A stretch of DNA of 64,000 nucleotides from Paraspadella gotoi (taxonomy: Eukaryota; Animalia; Chaetognatha): positions 3,948,402-4,012,401 of the forward strand of contig JBJCIZ010000239.1 in assembly GCA_051294375.1 (NCBI GenBank), read 5' to 3'. The notes below the pieces were generated by a model, which did no database searches, was not told where the DNA came from, and worked only from the letters and a program-made list of their open reading frames with translations. Shown here in pieces: positions 12,192-25,808 of this stretch; within the stretch, counting starts at the first letter, position 1, and every line of letters begins with the position of its first letter. Both the position numbers and the translations under genes were made by a program.

Positions 12192-13411
12192 NNNNNNNNN
12201 NNNNNNNNNNNNNNNNNNNNNNNNNNNNNNNNNNNNNNNNNNNNNNNNNNNNNNNNNNNNNNNNNNNNNNNNNNNNNNNNNNNNNNNNNNNNNNNNNNNN
12301 NNNNNNNNNNNNNNNNNNNNNNNNNNNNNNNNNNNNNNNNNNNNNNNNNNNNNNNNNNNNNNNNNNNNNNNNNNNNNNNNNNNNNNNNNNNNNNNNNNNN
12401 NNNNNNNNNNNNNNNNNNNNNNNNNNNNNNNNNNNNNNNNNNNNNNNNNNNNNNNNNNNNNNNNNNNNNNNNNNNNNNNNNNNNNNNNNNNNNNNNNNNN
12501 NNNNNNNNNNNNNNNNNNNNNNNNNNNNNNNNNNNNNNNNNNNNNNNNNNNNNNNNNNNNNNNNNNNNNNNNNNNNNNNNNNNNNNNNNNNNNNNNNNNN
12601 NNNNNNNNNNNNNNNNNNNNNNNNNNNNNNNNNNNNNNNNNNNNNNNNNNNNNNNNNNNNNNNNNNNNNNNNNNNNNNNNNNNNNNNNNNNNNNNNNNNN
12701 NNNNNNNNNNNNNNNNNNNNNNNNNNNNNNNNNNNNNNNNNNNNNNNNNNNNNNNNNNNNNNNNNNNNNNNNNNNNNNNNNNNNNNNNNNNNNNNNNNNN
12801 NNNNNNNNNNNNNNNNNNNNNNNNNNNNNNNNNNNNNNNNNNNNNNNNNNNNNNNNNNNNNNNNNNNNNNNNNNNNNNNNNNNNNNNNNNNNNNNNNNNN
12901 NNNNNNNNNNNNNNNNNNNNNNNNNNNNNNNNNNNNNNNNNNNNNNNNNNNNNNNNNNNNNNNNNNNNNNNNNNNNNNNNNNNNNNNNNNNNNNNNNNNN
13001 NNNNNNNNNNNNNNNNNNNNNNNNNNNNNNNNNNNNNNNNNNNNNNNNNNNNNNNNNNNNNNNNNNNNNNNNNNNNNNNNNNNNNNNNNNNNNNNNNNNN
13101 NNNNNNNNNNNNNNNNNGAGAGAGAGAGAGAGAGAGAGAGCGAAATTGTGGTAGTATCTCCAAAACATTAAGTTAAGAAATACAAATTAAAAAAAATGGG
13201 TTAAGTAAGGAAGATGTATCCAATGGATTAGTAGAGAAGAAAACAATCACAACAAATCAACGTCAACAACTAGATTAACATTGACAATGAAATAAAAGAG
13301 CAAACCACGACGACGACNNNNNNNNNNTGAGTTTCTCAGTTTGTGAGACGAAGGGTGAATGAAACAAAGGAGAGAGGAATTTTTGTGTTGAGACAGAGAG
13401 GATATTTTTGA

Positions 13412-13467
<56 letters not shown>

Positions 13468-13630
13468 AATTGTGGTAGTATCTCCAAAACATTAAGTTAA
13501 GAAATACAAATTAAAAAAAATGGGTTAAGTAAGGAAGATGTATCCAATGGATTAGTAGAGAAGAAAACAATCACAACAAATCAACGTCAACAACTAGATT
13601 AACATTGACAATGAAATAAAAGAGCAAACC

Positions 13631-13671
<41 letters not shown>

Positions 13672-15334
13672 ATCGAATCAAAGTCGCATTCCCGTATTTT
13701 GTAGCCTCGTAAAAAAACCGGTTAAGAAGAGAATAAAAGAAGTAAAAAAATAAAAGGAGGAGTAAAGAAAATAAAAAAATGGAATGGCGGGTTTAACACG
13801 TTGCGCTGTATTAAATTTTTTATTTACTAGAAAGTATAAATAGAATATTATTTTAAAGTTTTACTATTCAAAAAAAATATTTTCATAAAATATTGATCTA
13901 AAATTTTGTTTTTAGTCATATAATTGTAATAATATAATTGGTATTTGTTAACTGAATGAACTATATTGAATTTAAAAAAAATTAAGCTAACTGTATGTAC
14001 TCCCATATTGTTTTTCTGGATATGTTACTATATTTTTATTATGATAAGCATTAAATAAATGTTTATCTTTCATCAAATATAAACTTTGATATTTGTAAAT
14101 CAGTATTATATCAATTTTTTTAAATCATATCATTCTTTTTTTTATTATTACAAAAAATATCTTAAAACATTTATTAAATACTAAATCCTTCATAAAAATA
14201 TTAAAATATTAAAATAGAAAAATAGAAAATAGTGAAACAAGTAATTTGCAAACTTTCATATCTTATGGTGCATAACCTTTTTACAAAATTTTTATTTAAA
14301 ATTAGATAATATTACTCGAGTTATAAATATTTAAAAGAGTAAGATAAACTAACCAAATAATATTAATCAGACAGATAGACAGACCGACCATGAAAGCTAC
14401 TTGTAGAGTCTCTCCGCAAGCACTCTCGGCGCAACTGAAAAAAAGGGGAGTAAAGATAATAAAAAAAAGAGCAAAAGAAAAAGAAATAAGGTGGAAAAAA
14501 AAAGGAAAAAGAAAAAAGAAAAAAGAAAGTGTAGAGAATAAAAAGGGAAAAAAGGGAATCGTAAAGAGAAACGAATTGGAAAATGACAGACGTCATTCGA
14601 GGAAAAACGGAAGAGAAAGGAGATAGGTAAGATGAAAAGAGAGGAAAGATGAGAAGAGAGGAAAGATGTTAAGAGAGGAATGATGTGAAGAGAGGAAAGT
14701 TAAGAAAGAAGGAAAGATGAGAAGAGAGGAATGATGGGAAGAGAGAAAAGATAAGAAAGAAGGCAAAGATGAGAAGCGAGGAATGATGTTAGGAGAGAAA
14801 AGCTAAGAAAGAAGGTGAGAAGAAATGAGAAGAGAGGAAAGATAGGAAAGATAGGAAAGGATGAAAAGAAAAGAAGGATATAGAAGTTAAAAAGCATGGA
14901 AAAGTTGTAACGGAGAGGAGAAAGAAAAGATAAGGAAGATGAGAACAGAGAAAAGATGTGAAGAGAGGGAAGAAAAGAAAGATAGAAAAGGAAAGAAGAA
15001 AAAAAAGATAAGGAAGTTGATAAGTAAGCGAGGATAGCAAAAATGATGTTTCACAAAAGGAAAAAAAAGTAAATGTGAGAAAAAAAGGGGAAGCGTTTTA
15101 GTAACACCTCGATTTGAATTCATGCTCCATTTTGGTAAATAACATGGAATGGCACTGGCACTGAAACAGCTACAACAACAACAATAACTAGAACAACAAA
15201 AACAACGCATACAACAACCATCAACAGCTCGTGAAAACCAAGACGCGAATTATGACCAAAAAAAAAATTTTCGGTTTTAAACTTTGACCTCATAATCCTC
15301 ATCTGTCCTTTGGTACTCGTTCAGAGTTGAGGAG

Positions 15335-15366
<32 letters not shown>

Positions 15367-15545
15367 ATATTTCTCTCCTCCTCGTTCACAGCGTAAAATG
15401 TGCAGAGTTTTTCCCTCATTTACATATTGCAGTAATAAATTGTTTTTAATTTGTTAAACTTTATTTTATAAAACTTTCTTCAAATAAACAGTTTTCAGTC
15501 GAACACAAACAGAGATATTTTCCCTCCCCGTCTTTCTCGACTCAC

Positions 15546-15747
15546 CCGGCGGATCCATGATCATCCTACAAGTGAGATTCACGTCGCTTCTCTCGTCGAC
15601 GACCAACGTGATCTTGGGCGAGGTGTCGTGAAGTTCGGGGGCGCAAGCGAAGGCCGAGGAAGAGAGGGAGGACCAGGGGGAGTCGAGAATCGGAAGAGGG
15701 GAAGAGCAGGAGGAAGAGGAAGTGGCCGAGTTGAAGGTGATCTTTTC
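15546..15747 (-). CDS. End of LRRCT and start of Ig domain (EKITF...CSSP...PWSSLSSSAFACAPELH...DVNLTCRMIMDPP)
   Basis: 202 nt, TAG acceptor, GTGAGT donor; CxSP...W...FACxP and VxLTC motifs; phase 0-1. Confidence 0.9.
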
Positions 15748-15771
15748 CTAGAAACGATTGGGGGAAGTTGG

Positions 15772-15815
<44 letters not shown>

Positions 15816-15939
15816 AGATATTATCGTATGGGTTCAACCTGTAAAAGAATCATCTAATCGGTCGATGAATATGAATATTGAAAAAATACTTGTTTTTATT
15901 TAAATATTAGTTTTATTTTACGAAATTCGTACAACCGAT

Positions 15940-16125
15940 GTAAAAATTATCCATTCATTTTATAAATTAGCTATCTTGGCCCTGACTTTGGACGGGCTTT
16001 GGTGGTTTAAGGCCTCCATCACTCTTACAAGATAATGACATAGCAAGTCCCTGCAAGCTTTCAATCAAGACTCTCTCACAGTCTCGTTTATTCACTACCA
16101 GAGTACCTGGCTTTTCTATCAATTG
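15940..16125 (+). repeat. Unclassified interspersed repeat (other copies at ~29142 +, 38845 +, 47405 -, 55905 -, 63190 -)
   Basis: Shared AGCTATCTTG.CCCTGACT.TGGAC.GGCTTT...AAGCTTTCAATCAAGACTC...ATTCACT...CCTGGCTT(T/C)CC. Confidence 0.7.
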
Positions 16126-16524
16126 TACGATTGGATCTAATTATAATAATTGATAATTAATATAATACNNNNNNNNNNTGGCTTCCCTATCAATTGTACG
16201 ATTGGATCTAATTATAATAATTAATAATTAATATAATACAATATAATTGATAATGGCAATGACGGTTATGATATTTTTATCATTGACCATTCTCAACGTC
16301 GAACGTTTTTGTGACACAAAATCCATATTTCTTTTTTTGAACAGATTTTGCTCCGCCGTCAAATTCTGGAAATAACAGAATCCCGACCAAAGTCCTTGTG
16401 ACCTTTTTTTTGACCTTTTGTTGACCTTTTGACCCTTTCTTTTCTCTCTCTCTGTCTTTCTGTCTTTCTTTCTTATTTTTTCTATCTTTTCAGGAAAAAT
16501 AAGAGAAGAAAGAAAAAGAAAAAA

Positions 16525-16560
<36 letters not shown>

Positions 16561-16561
16561 G

Positions 16562-16596
<35 letters not shown>

Positions 16597-16729
16597 AACA
16601 TAAAAATAGTGAGAGAGTAGAATAGAAAGAGAGAAAGAGAAAGAGAGAGAAACAGAGAGAAACAGAGAGAAACAGAGAGAGAAAGAGAAAGAGAAAGAAA
16701 AAAAGAGAGAGAGAGAAGAGAGAGGAGAG

Positions 16730-16784
<55 letters not shown>

Positions 16785-17188
16785 AGAGAGGAGAGAGAGA
16801 AGAAGAGAGAGAGAGAAAAAAGAGAGAGAGAGAGAGAGAGAGAGACGAAAAAAGATTTTTCATTAATCATTCACCAATTTTTTTTCTTCCTCACGAAAAA
16901 AAATGGAGATTATATCCATTTTTAGGGATTCTATTATTTCTCTACTGGATCCATTTTTTCCCCTTTTTTAAGTTTTTTATATTTGTAAATTTTTACCATT
17001 TTTTTTCGTTTTCTAAATTAAATAAGTCTTTGTTTGTTTATGTTTAACCCGTTCTCACATTACTTTGCAGGTTTGGTTGGTATTTTTTTTTAAATTACTT
17101 AGGTTTTACAAAGAACAATCGATCCTTTTTGTACCTTTTGCGCGATCTATTTAATTTGTGAATTTGTTTATGGTTTTAATTTCGTTTC

Positions 17189-17277
<89 letters not shown>

Positions 17278-17882
17278 GAGGGTTCTGTAAAATTCAAGAC
17301 GATGAAAATCATCCCCTCAACTATTGTGAAAAATGAAAGCACATAAACTTTATTACATTGCAAGTTTATATATTGATTTTATGGAAGGCTATTTTAGTCT
17401 TTATATTATTTTAAATTTCAAACGCTTTATGAGACTATTTTTTAAAAAATTATATAAGAAAAAAAAGTTTTTATAAAACAATCAATGAACAAGAAAAAAA
17501 TAGTGTAACTTTTTCTCAAGAACAAAAAGGGAGAAAAAAAGAAACTTAATAAATCTTAAATGATAATATAAAATGTTAGTATTCAACGATAATAATAATG
17601 AATAAAATATAATAAAAATAACAAAAATGATATCAATAGTTTTAATAATAGATAAGAAAATAACAATTGAATCAAATTAAGAGAAAAAAAACCTATAAAA
17701 ACTGTTTTGTTTTACAAAAAGAGAGAGAGAGAGAGAGAGAGATCAACAGTTGAATTTAAAAAAGGAAAGAGAAAAAAAGAGAAAAGCTACAAGAATTTTT
17801 TTTGCTGAAAAATCACGTCTGCAGAAGAAATTGGCTTCCGAATGGAATAAAGGAAAAAAAGCAATAAAAGAAAATTCCAATT

Positions 17883-17939
<57 letters not shown>

Positions 17940-18428
17940 AGAGAGAGTAGAGAGAGTCAGTGTCAGGGAAAGGAAATGAAGGAAAAAAAAAACAAACCGT
18001 CAAAAGAAAAAAGGAAAAATAAAAAAGATTAAAAAAGACGCAGTTTACTTTTCCCTTTGAGTTGAGCAGAGATCTTCGCAGTCTCTGACATTGATTGAAC
18101 AATCAATCAATCAATCGATCAATCAATAAAAATAAAAAAGGAGACGACAAACATTGAATAATAAATTAAACGAATTAAATAAAAGAATCAATGAATGAAA
18201 GAATGAATCAATGGAGAATGAATGAATCAATGAATTAACAAATGAATAAATAAATAGAAAATGAATGAATAAATAAATGAATAAGTACATAAATCAATCA
18301 ATCAATTAATGAAACAATCAACTAATTAATCATTTAATTTAAAAAAATAGGAGAGAGTTTGAGAGAAGGAGAGAAAGAGAGTATAGAGAGAGGTAGAGTA
18401 TGAGAAAGAACAAGAGGAGAGAAAAAAG

Positions 18429-18492
<64 letters not shown>

Positions 18493-18518
18493 AGAAGAGG
18501 AGAAGAGAGTTTTCCCAC

Positions 18519-18689
18519 TTCTACTACTCTCTCAACGAAAGACTTAAGCCAACGGATCCTGCAATCGCAGTTCCACGGATTCGAGTAAAGGGTAAGTAAT
18601 CTCAACCGACCCGTGGATGGAACCAGACCAAACTGATCTTTGGTAAGGGTTTGGAGTAGGTTGCCGTGGAGGAGGAGCTTTTGAAGATC
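18519..18689 (-). CDS. Last LRRs and start of LRRCT (DLQKLLLHGNLLQTL...LRLLTLYSNPWNCDCRIRWLKSFVERVVE)
   Basis: 171 nt, CAG acceptor, GTGGGA donor, NPWxCDC cap motif; phase 0-0. Confidence 0.9.
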
Positions 18690-19153
18690 CTGGGGAGGGA
18701 GATGGAGAGGGAGAGAGAGAGGGAGAGGGAGAGAGAGAGAGGGAGAGAGAGAGGGGGAAAGGAATAAAAAGTGAGTAAAGAGAAAGAGTAGAGAGTAAAG
18801 AAGAGGGAAAGAAATTAAAATTGAGAGAGAGAGAGAGAGAGACCGAGAGAGAAAGAGGGTAAGGAGAGGAAGAGAGAGAGACGAGAGGAGGGAAGGGCAG
18901 ATAAAGGGAGAGAGAGCGAGAGAAAGTCGAAGAAAATTTAAATTTCACAAAGTCAAAGAAAATAATTACTTAATTAAAAAAAGAATTTTTCGTCGTCACT
19001 TGCTATTTTTTACTAACACCGTAGATATTCCTCATAGCTCCGATGCAAATTAATGTATGTGCTGCCATCTTGAATTAATTTCGGAAAAAAAATTCTTAAC
19101 AAAACAAAAGTGAGAACCAAATATGAAAGGAAGCTTCACTGAAACTTGATAAT

Positions 19154-19510
19154 GCCCTTGTTTTTCCAGAACGCCCCATTTTATCTTAAATTCGGAATTA
19201 GATTAAATTTTTAAATTAAAAATTAGGTTAAAGGTTAGGGTTAGGAATTTGGTTATGGATTAGGTAAGGGATTAAGTTGCTGATTAAGATTAAGGATTAA
19301 GTTAGTAATTAAGATTAAGGATTAGTATTAAAGACTATAGTTTAAGGTTTAAAATTAAAGATAAGGTTAAGGTTTAAAATTAAGTTTAGGTTTAGGATTC
19401 AAAAAAAAAAAAAAACGGAGCCGCTCTTTAAAAAAAAAAAGAGCGGTTACCCTTTTCTCCTATAGCTAAAAAAAAGAAAAACAGAATGGGCCCCTTTTGA
19501 GAAAAGAGCC
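19154..19510. mobile_element. Copy of the telomere-like-core MITE
   Basis: Left GCCCTTGTTTTTCCAGAACGCCCC, right GGGCCCCTTTTGAGAAAAGAGCC, TTAGGG/TTAAGG-like core. Confidence 0.55.
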
Positions 19511-20753
19511 AAACAAGAAAAAAAACCTTGAGCCCGGCGAAGATGGGTCGGCCCGACGAACGAGATTCCGCATTCGGACATCGAGANNNNNNNNNNNNNN
19601 NNNNNNNNNNNGGAGGGAGTAGGAAGAGGGATTGTAAATAGATAATCTTCTACACTACTTCTAAGTATTGAGGAAAGAAAAACAGGAAGAGAGGAGAACA
19701 GAGGAGCCACAGTGGGAGAGAGACAAGAGGGTAAGACGAGAGCGAGAGTAGCTCATTGAGTGGAAGGAGTCGGAGATGGCGAGGCCCGAAAGGGCAGATA
19801 GGGAGCAGGCACCTAATAGGGAAGGTAGAAAGTAGCGCGCCCAAGATACGAAGAAACTGAGTGAATATCTCATTTCACAGAGCGAGCATGCAAGAAATAA
19901 TTAGATGATTTAAACGAAAACAGTAATGATTCGGCCGAGTCGTTCTGACTGCACTAATATTCGTAATGTTTAACTAACGACCTGACGGAAGGGTAGGATA
20001 CGATTCCTGACGTGGCTCCGCTCAGCTCCGACCAAATTACTGTCACGCGAGTCTTCGTCGCATCCACTTGAATTAACTTCTGCGGGTGAGGTAAAAAAAA
20101 TCCTTTCTTACACACGAAAGAGAACTAAGCGTGACGAACATGGAGCAGGCACAATATATGCAAAAGCTGCGACATGGAGCGGCTTCACTGAGAAAACAGC
20201 ACCTTGAGTCTAAGGCCCTTTTAGGCAGTTTTTCCAGCGAACCGCGCATATTAGACAGCTTCCAATTAAGTTCGGATAGATAAAGTTTTTGTAAATTAAC
20301 AGACATTAGGTTAAATAGGTTATGGCAATTAAATGAGAAATTTGGGTTTATTGTGATTATTTGGAACAGACGCGGTGACTGATATCAGAGCTAAGTAACT
20401 TCGTAATTAAAGTATCAGCAAGAGCACTTGAGAGATTCTCGTAACGCTATTAAGACTCAAGATTAGAGCCGATACTCGTCATACAGAGAACTCCACGAGC
20501 TTAAGAGTTTGTAGAATTATTAATAAGAGATAAGGTTGAAGGATATTAAAATTATCAGAGTGTACGGCGTTTGACCGAGATTGCAAATAATAATACAAAG
20601 AGAGACAAGTCCGCGGCTAGCCGCTCTGGCATGAATATAAAAAAGAGCGGTTTCTACACCGTAATCTAATCCGCTGCATAACTGAAAAAAAAAAAAGAAA
20701 CAAACAGAAATGGGGCCCTTTTTGAGAAATAGAGCCAAACAACAAAAAAAAAC

Positions 20754-20888
20754 CTTGAGCCCGGCGAAGATGGTCGGCCCGACGAACGAGATTCCGCATT
20801 CGGACAAATCGAGATGAACCAAACGAGGAGTTTGATTGAAAGCGTCGTCTTTGACAGAACGAATGGGATTACCGCTCAGTTTGAGCAC
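20754..20888 (-). CDS. LRR exon (VLKLSGNPIRSVKDDAFNQTPRLVHLDLSECGISFVGPTIFAGLK)
   Basis: 135 nt, CAG acceptor at 20891-20889, GT donor at 20753; two LRR units. Confidence 0.9.
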
Positions 20889-22439
20889 CTGTTCGGAGAG
20901 AGGGAGGGGGATTGGGATTTGATTTGATTGATTGATTGGTGTTTATTGATTAGATTGATTGGAGTTGATTAATTAGATTGATTAGATTAATTAGATTCAA
21001 TTCATCGATTGGTTGATTGATTGATTTGACTGATTGGATTGAATTGATTAGGTTTATTGATTTCATCGATTGATTGATTGTGCTCTAAACTCAAAAAAAA
21101 AATTTTCAAGGTTGTGGTTGGTAATATATTTTTAGAGCACCTCTTTGACTAAATGCCATATACAATTTTAATTGCTAATTCATTAAACTTAATCTTTAAT
21201 CCGTACCCTAATCCCCAATCATAATCCTAATACATAACCTTTACTTATTTTAACTCAACTTTGAGCGTTTTTGGAAAATATGGTTTTATTTTTTTGGATT
21301 GAATGAAATTGAGATTTAGAGAACGAAAAAAAAAACATTAACGAATTTTTACCCCCACATTNNNNNNNNNNNNNNNNNNNNNNNNNNNNNNNNNNNNNNN
21401 NNNNNNNNNNNNNNNNNNNNNNNNNNNNNNNNNNNNNNNNNNNNNNNNNNNNNNNNNNNNNNNNNNNNNNNNNNNNNNNNNNNNNNNNNNNNNNNNNNNN
21501 NNNNNNNNNNNNNNNNNNNNNNNNNNNNNNNNNNNNNNNNNNNNNNNNNNNNNNNNNNNNNNNNNNNNNNNNNNNNNNNNNNNNNNNNNNNNNNNNNNNN
21601 NNNNNNNNNNNNNNNNNNNNNNNNNNNNNNNNNNNNNNNNNNNNNNNNNNNNNNNNNNNNNNNNNNNNNNNNNNNNNNNNNNNNNNNNNNNNNNNNNNNN
21701 NNNNNNNNNNNNNNNNNNNNNNNNNNNNNNNNNNNNNNNNNNNNNNNNNNNNNNNNNNNNNNNNNNNNNNNNNNNNNNNNNNNNNNNNNNNNNNNNNNNN
21801 NNNNNNNNNNNNNNNNNNNNNNNNNNNNNNNNNNNNNNNNNNNNNNNNNNNNNNNNNNNNNNNNNNNNNNNNNNNNNNNNNNNNNNNNNNNNNNNNNNNN
21901 NNNNNNNNNNNNNNNNNNNNNNNNNNNNNNNNNNNNNNNNNNNNNNNNNNNNNNNNNNNNNNNNNNNNNNNNNNNNNNNNNNNNNNNNNNNNNNNNNNNN
22001 NNNNNNNNNNNNNNNNNNNNNNNNNNNNNNNNNNNNNNNNNNNNNNNNNNNNNNNNNNNNNNNNNNNNNNNNGTTGAATTTTCGTTGCCGTAAAGGGGCT
22101 ATTGAATAAAAAAATAAATTCAGCAGTTACAGTTTAAATAAACACGAGTTTTAAAAACATATTATTTAAAAAAAAAAAGAAACAAATAGAAAAGAAAGTA
22201 ATTGCTGCTAAGATAAGAAAAATAAAAAAGCAAGAACGGAGATTCCAATGTTTTTTTGCGCCACTGTGACTTTCTTATCACGTGTGTATTTCCGTGTATC
22301 TTCGATACGGAATTCGTATTTTATTCTTTTGCGATTTCTTTAGTTCAGAAATACCAAATATAAGCGGCATTGAATTTTGGGTCAATTTCAAATTTATCAC
22401 GTAACTTCACAAGTAATATATATATGCGCGTTAAAGGTC

Positions 22440-22622
22440 CTACTGTACCTTAGCTTCTCACCAAATATAAACTCAATTTTTTAACAAAGTAAGTGGGACA
22501 GACGGTTCAACATACATGCCGACCGACCGACCGACCGACCGACCGACCGACCGACCGACCGACCGACCGACCGAAAAGTGAGTGATAGAGTTGCTCCGCG
22601 AGTACTCGCGGCGCAACTAAAA
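22440..22622 (+). mobile_element. Helentron/HINE-like non-autonomous element end
   Basis: (GACC)n at 22519-22573, then AAAGTGA..TAGAG, the hairpin AGTTGCTCCGCGAGT-ACTCGCGGCGCAACT (22589-22618) and an A run. Related copies at ~14365, 36806, 39271, 39765 and 46988. Confidence 0.6.
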
Positions 22623-22767
22623 ACAAAAGCCACAGGAGGGAATAACAAAAGATAAAACCGTCAAACGGAAGAAATAAAGAAACAAAAAGACAAGAAAGTT
22701 AAAAGTAAAATGGATTAGAACAAATATTTTTTTTTATAAATGTTACAGAAACACAGAAAGAGGTTTA

Positions 22768-23110
22768 GGCTATAATTTCCAAAAGAGCACCATTTCAATT
22801 TTAATTCAGATTTAAATTAGGTTCTAGTTTTAAGTTTTGAGTTAAAGGTTATGGTTAAAGGTTTTGTTAAATATTAGGTTAGGTTAAGTCTTATTGGGGT
22901 TAAAGATTAGGTTAAAGATTTAGTTATAGATTACGGTTAAGAGATTAGATTATGGATTAGAGTTATGGATTAAGGATTAGACTTTGGGATTAGATTAAGT
23001 ATAGAGTTCAAAATTAGATTAAATATTCAATATGATATCAAGGTAAAATATAAAATTTAAAATTAAATTTAAGGATTAGAAACAGAAATAGGTCGCTTTA
23101 GGTTTATAGT
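22768..23110. mobile_element. Diverged copy of the telomere-like-core MITE
   Basis: Left GGCTATAATTTCCAAAAGAGCACC followed by TTAGGT/TTAGAT/TTATGG hexamers. Confidence 0.45.
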
Positions 23111-23619
23111 GACGACGTTTGTACGGTTTAAACCTAAAAAAAACAAACAAAAATCTCTTTCTGCTGTTTATCTAATGTCCCTGATTGGTCAGTTGTTTTT
23201 TTAAGGTACCGATCTCTCATTGGTCGATTCATACGCATCGCGAGCCTCTGATTGGTCCAATCTTTTCTTTGAACCAAAAAAGAGGGAAGCGTCGAAATTA
23301 ATGTGAATAACGCGTGACGAACTTTAGCTGGAATTAGTCGTCGTCGTTGTCGTCGTTGTCGTCGTCGTTGTCGTCCTTTTGGCCGACAGATACTCGATTC
23401 TTTGGGAAAGGTTTTAAAGTCTCTCATAAATAAATATTGAATATCGATTTTCTACTATTTTATAATTAACCAACTTTATATAAATTTAATCATCTCTCTT
23501 TTCGTCACTTGAATTAAATGGAATACAATAAATCTAGTAATATTTTTTTATTAGTTCATGTTTTCAGTTGGGCATTTCAATAAGTTCACCTCGCCTTTAA
23601 GCATGATCTCTTTAGTCCT

Positions 23620-23755
23620 GAACCGCTGGCTCGTTGAGTAATACCGTCAGCTCGTGACCAACAGGAAGCGGGATCTATCCCTCAGGGGTAGCTTTCCACT
23701 TCTCGTTCTCATTCTAAACCCAGAACCCGTACCAGGGCTGCTAGAGATAGTTAAA
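23620..23755 (+). mobile_element. Diverged copy of the same SINE
   Basis: TGGCTCGTTGAGTAA...CGTCAGCTCGTGACC head and CCCAGAACCCGTACC core. Confidence 0.5.
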
Positions 23756-24084
23756 GAACTACTCACTCCAATTATCGCCTTTTCCACATATTGACAACTA
23801 TTGCTTTTAATTTCTTGTCCGTGTTAAGTCCGTACTTATTCTCTTTATCCGTTGTTGTTGAGGTTTCAGTCGCTGTTGTTTTGGTTCGTTGTTGTTGTCG
23901 TTGGAATCGTAAAATCGGCGGGAAGGCGGCCCCCGCTCGAATTGGAAATTTGTTTCATAAAAATGCAAATGTCGACCAGGATGCAAATGGAACCGTCTAT
24001 CTCTCTCTCTATCTCTCTCTCTCTCTCTGTCTCTCGCTATCGGGATTTTCCCGCGTCGCAATAGTCGTAGGGAATCGTCATAGA

Positions 24085-24153
<69 letters not shown>

Positions 24154-24249
24154 CAAAGGGAATATTGCAAATTAAAGGGATTTTCAATTTGGAACTCAGC
24201 GGGACTCCAACCTCGGCGCGCTGCCTCCGGGCGCCGTTTGTCGGCTTCA

Positions 24250-24526
24250 GATTGTCGGCTACAAATTGATTGGCGTTCATTGTCTGCTGCTGATTGATTG
24301 CCACTCGTTGTCGGCTACAGAAATTGATTGGCGCTGATGGTTCGCTGCTGACTGTCGGCTAGAAAATTGATTGGCGCTGATTTTCGTCTAAATATCTGAT
24401 TGGCGCAGATTGTCAGCTAGAAATACATTGACGCTGATTGTCGGCTAGAAAGTGATTTGCAATGATTGTCGGCTAGAAATTGTTGGCGCTCAATGTCGGC
24501 TAAAAATTGATTGGCGCCGAATGTCG
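24250..24526 (+). repeat. ~28-bp minisatellite (GATTGTCGGCTAGAAATTGATTGGCGCT), about 8 degenerate units
   Basis: Repeat units read directly from the sequence; several contain ATTGG (CCAAT on the minus strand). Confidence 0.8.
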
Positions 24527-25079
24527 TTTTAAACGCGAGTTTCCCGCCAGGAGTTTAAATCGAGAAATTTTCCTCTTCAATAAAAGGGATTTTTTTTTTA
24601 ATAAAAATAAAATACCCGGTGATAGTTGACAAAAAATATGAGAGATTTTGGTCACAATTATACTTAGTCTTAGGACAGATTTAGGATAAATTTTAAGATA
24701 AAATCGAAGCGGATTTAGGACAGAATTATGATACGTTTAGTATAAATAAGGATAGATCTAGGATAAACTGAAGGCAGAATTTTGTATGAATCGAGTGGTT
24801 GAGGCCCCTGAACCAATTTTAATTTTTGTGTAATTGACAAAATTTACGAGATTTTTAGGTCATAATGAAGATGACAACGACGACGACGATGACGACTACA
24901 TGGACGACGATGACGACGACGACGACATTTTTAAATCATTAAAGTCGGAAAATATTATAATCTTCAAATTTGAAAATTGAGAGAAGAAGATCACCGATCA
25001 ACATCATCGTAAACATCCGAGTCGACAGCAAACATCGTTAACATCCGAAGAAGAAAAATACGTCGCCAGGAGAAATACG

Positions 25080-25470
25080 GATGATGACGACGACGATAAT
25101 GATGACAATGATGGCGACGAAGACGACGATAATGATGACGATGATGACAAAGACGATAAGAAAGACGACAACAACGATGAAGTCGACGACGATGACGATG
25201 ATAACGACGATGATGATAATGATGACGTTGATGACTACAATAATGACGATGATGACAATGACAAAGATGATGACAAACCATGAGGAAGACAGCGACAACG
25301 ATTAAGACGAGGAAGATGACAATGACGAAGATAATGAAAATAATGATGACGATTATGATGATAATGATGACGATAATGATGACGACAAAGACGATGATAA
25401 CAACGACGATGATAATGATGATGATGACAGCAACGACGACGAAGATGATGACGACGACAGTGACAACGAA
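25080..25470 (+). repeat. Degenerate (GAT/GAC)n trinucleotide tract
   Basis: Read directly; a similar tract lies at 43510-44050. Confidence 0.9.
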
Positions 25471-25776
25471 AAATTTAGTAACTCCTAAACCATAAAACGC
25501 ATTAGGATAACTTGAAACGTCGTCGTCGTCGTCGTAGTTTTTGTTTACTTCGTCCGGACGAGTAAACTACTCCTTCTTGAGTGACGATGCGGTGGTTGCT
25601 GTTGTTGAGGTAGCAGCATCATCAGCGTCATAATCATAGTCATCATTATCTTTGTTATCATCATCAATGACCAATGTATCATCGTCAATCATCATTATCA
25701 ACAAACATCAACATCATCATTGTCGTTATCATCATAATCATCATTTATTATATTCACCATTTACGTCATCATCATC

Positions 25777-25808
<32 letters not shown>

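Noticed and set aside
11415-13176. Long ORFs of 150-360 aa spanning N runs (also 47462-48254, 54031-54687, 56182-56601)
   Set aside because: Their length comes from gap characters; only the Ig exon portion is real.
13117-13650. ~200-bp direct repeat resembling LTRs
   Set aside because: Near-identical copies flank a short N gap with no internal element; this is a contig-end overlap.
19527-19586. Second partial copy of the LRR exon (SECGISFVGPT...), suggesting exon duplication or mutually exclusive splicing
   Set aside because: It is frameshifted, ends at a 25-N gap and is duplicated together with its intron flank; best explained as an assembly overlap.
20073-20306. ORF with LRR-like NLQKLYLS
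   Set aside because: The DNA is a very noisy copy of intronic/MITE sequence at ~19070-19230; there is no LRR Asn position or splice support, so it is probably coincidence.
24250-24526. Repeat array superficially like CRISPR
   Set aside because: Degenerate tandem units without unique spacers, no cas genes, eukaryotic context.
25038-25495. Met/Thr-, His- or Ile/Val-rich ORFs (also 43456-44063)
   Set aside because: They derive from (GAT/GAC)n microsatellites.
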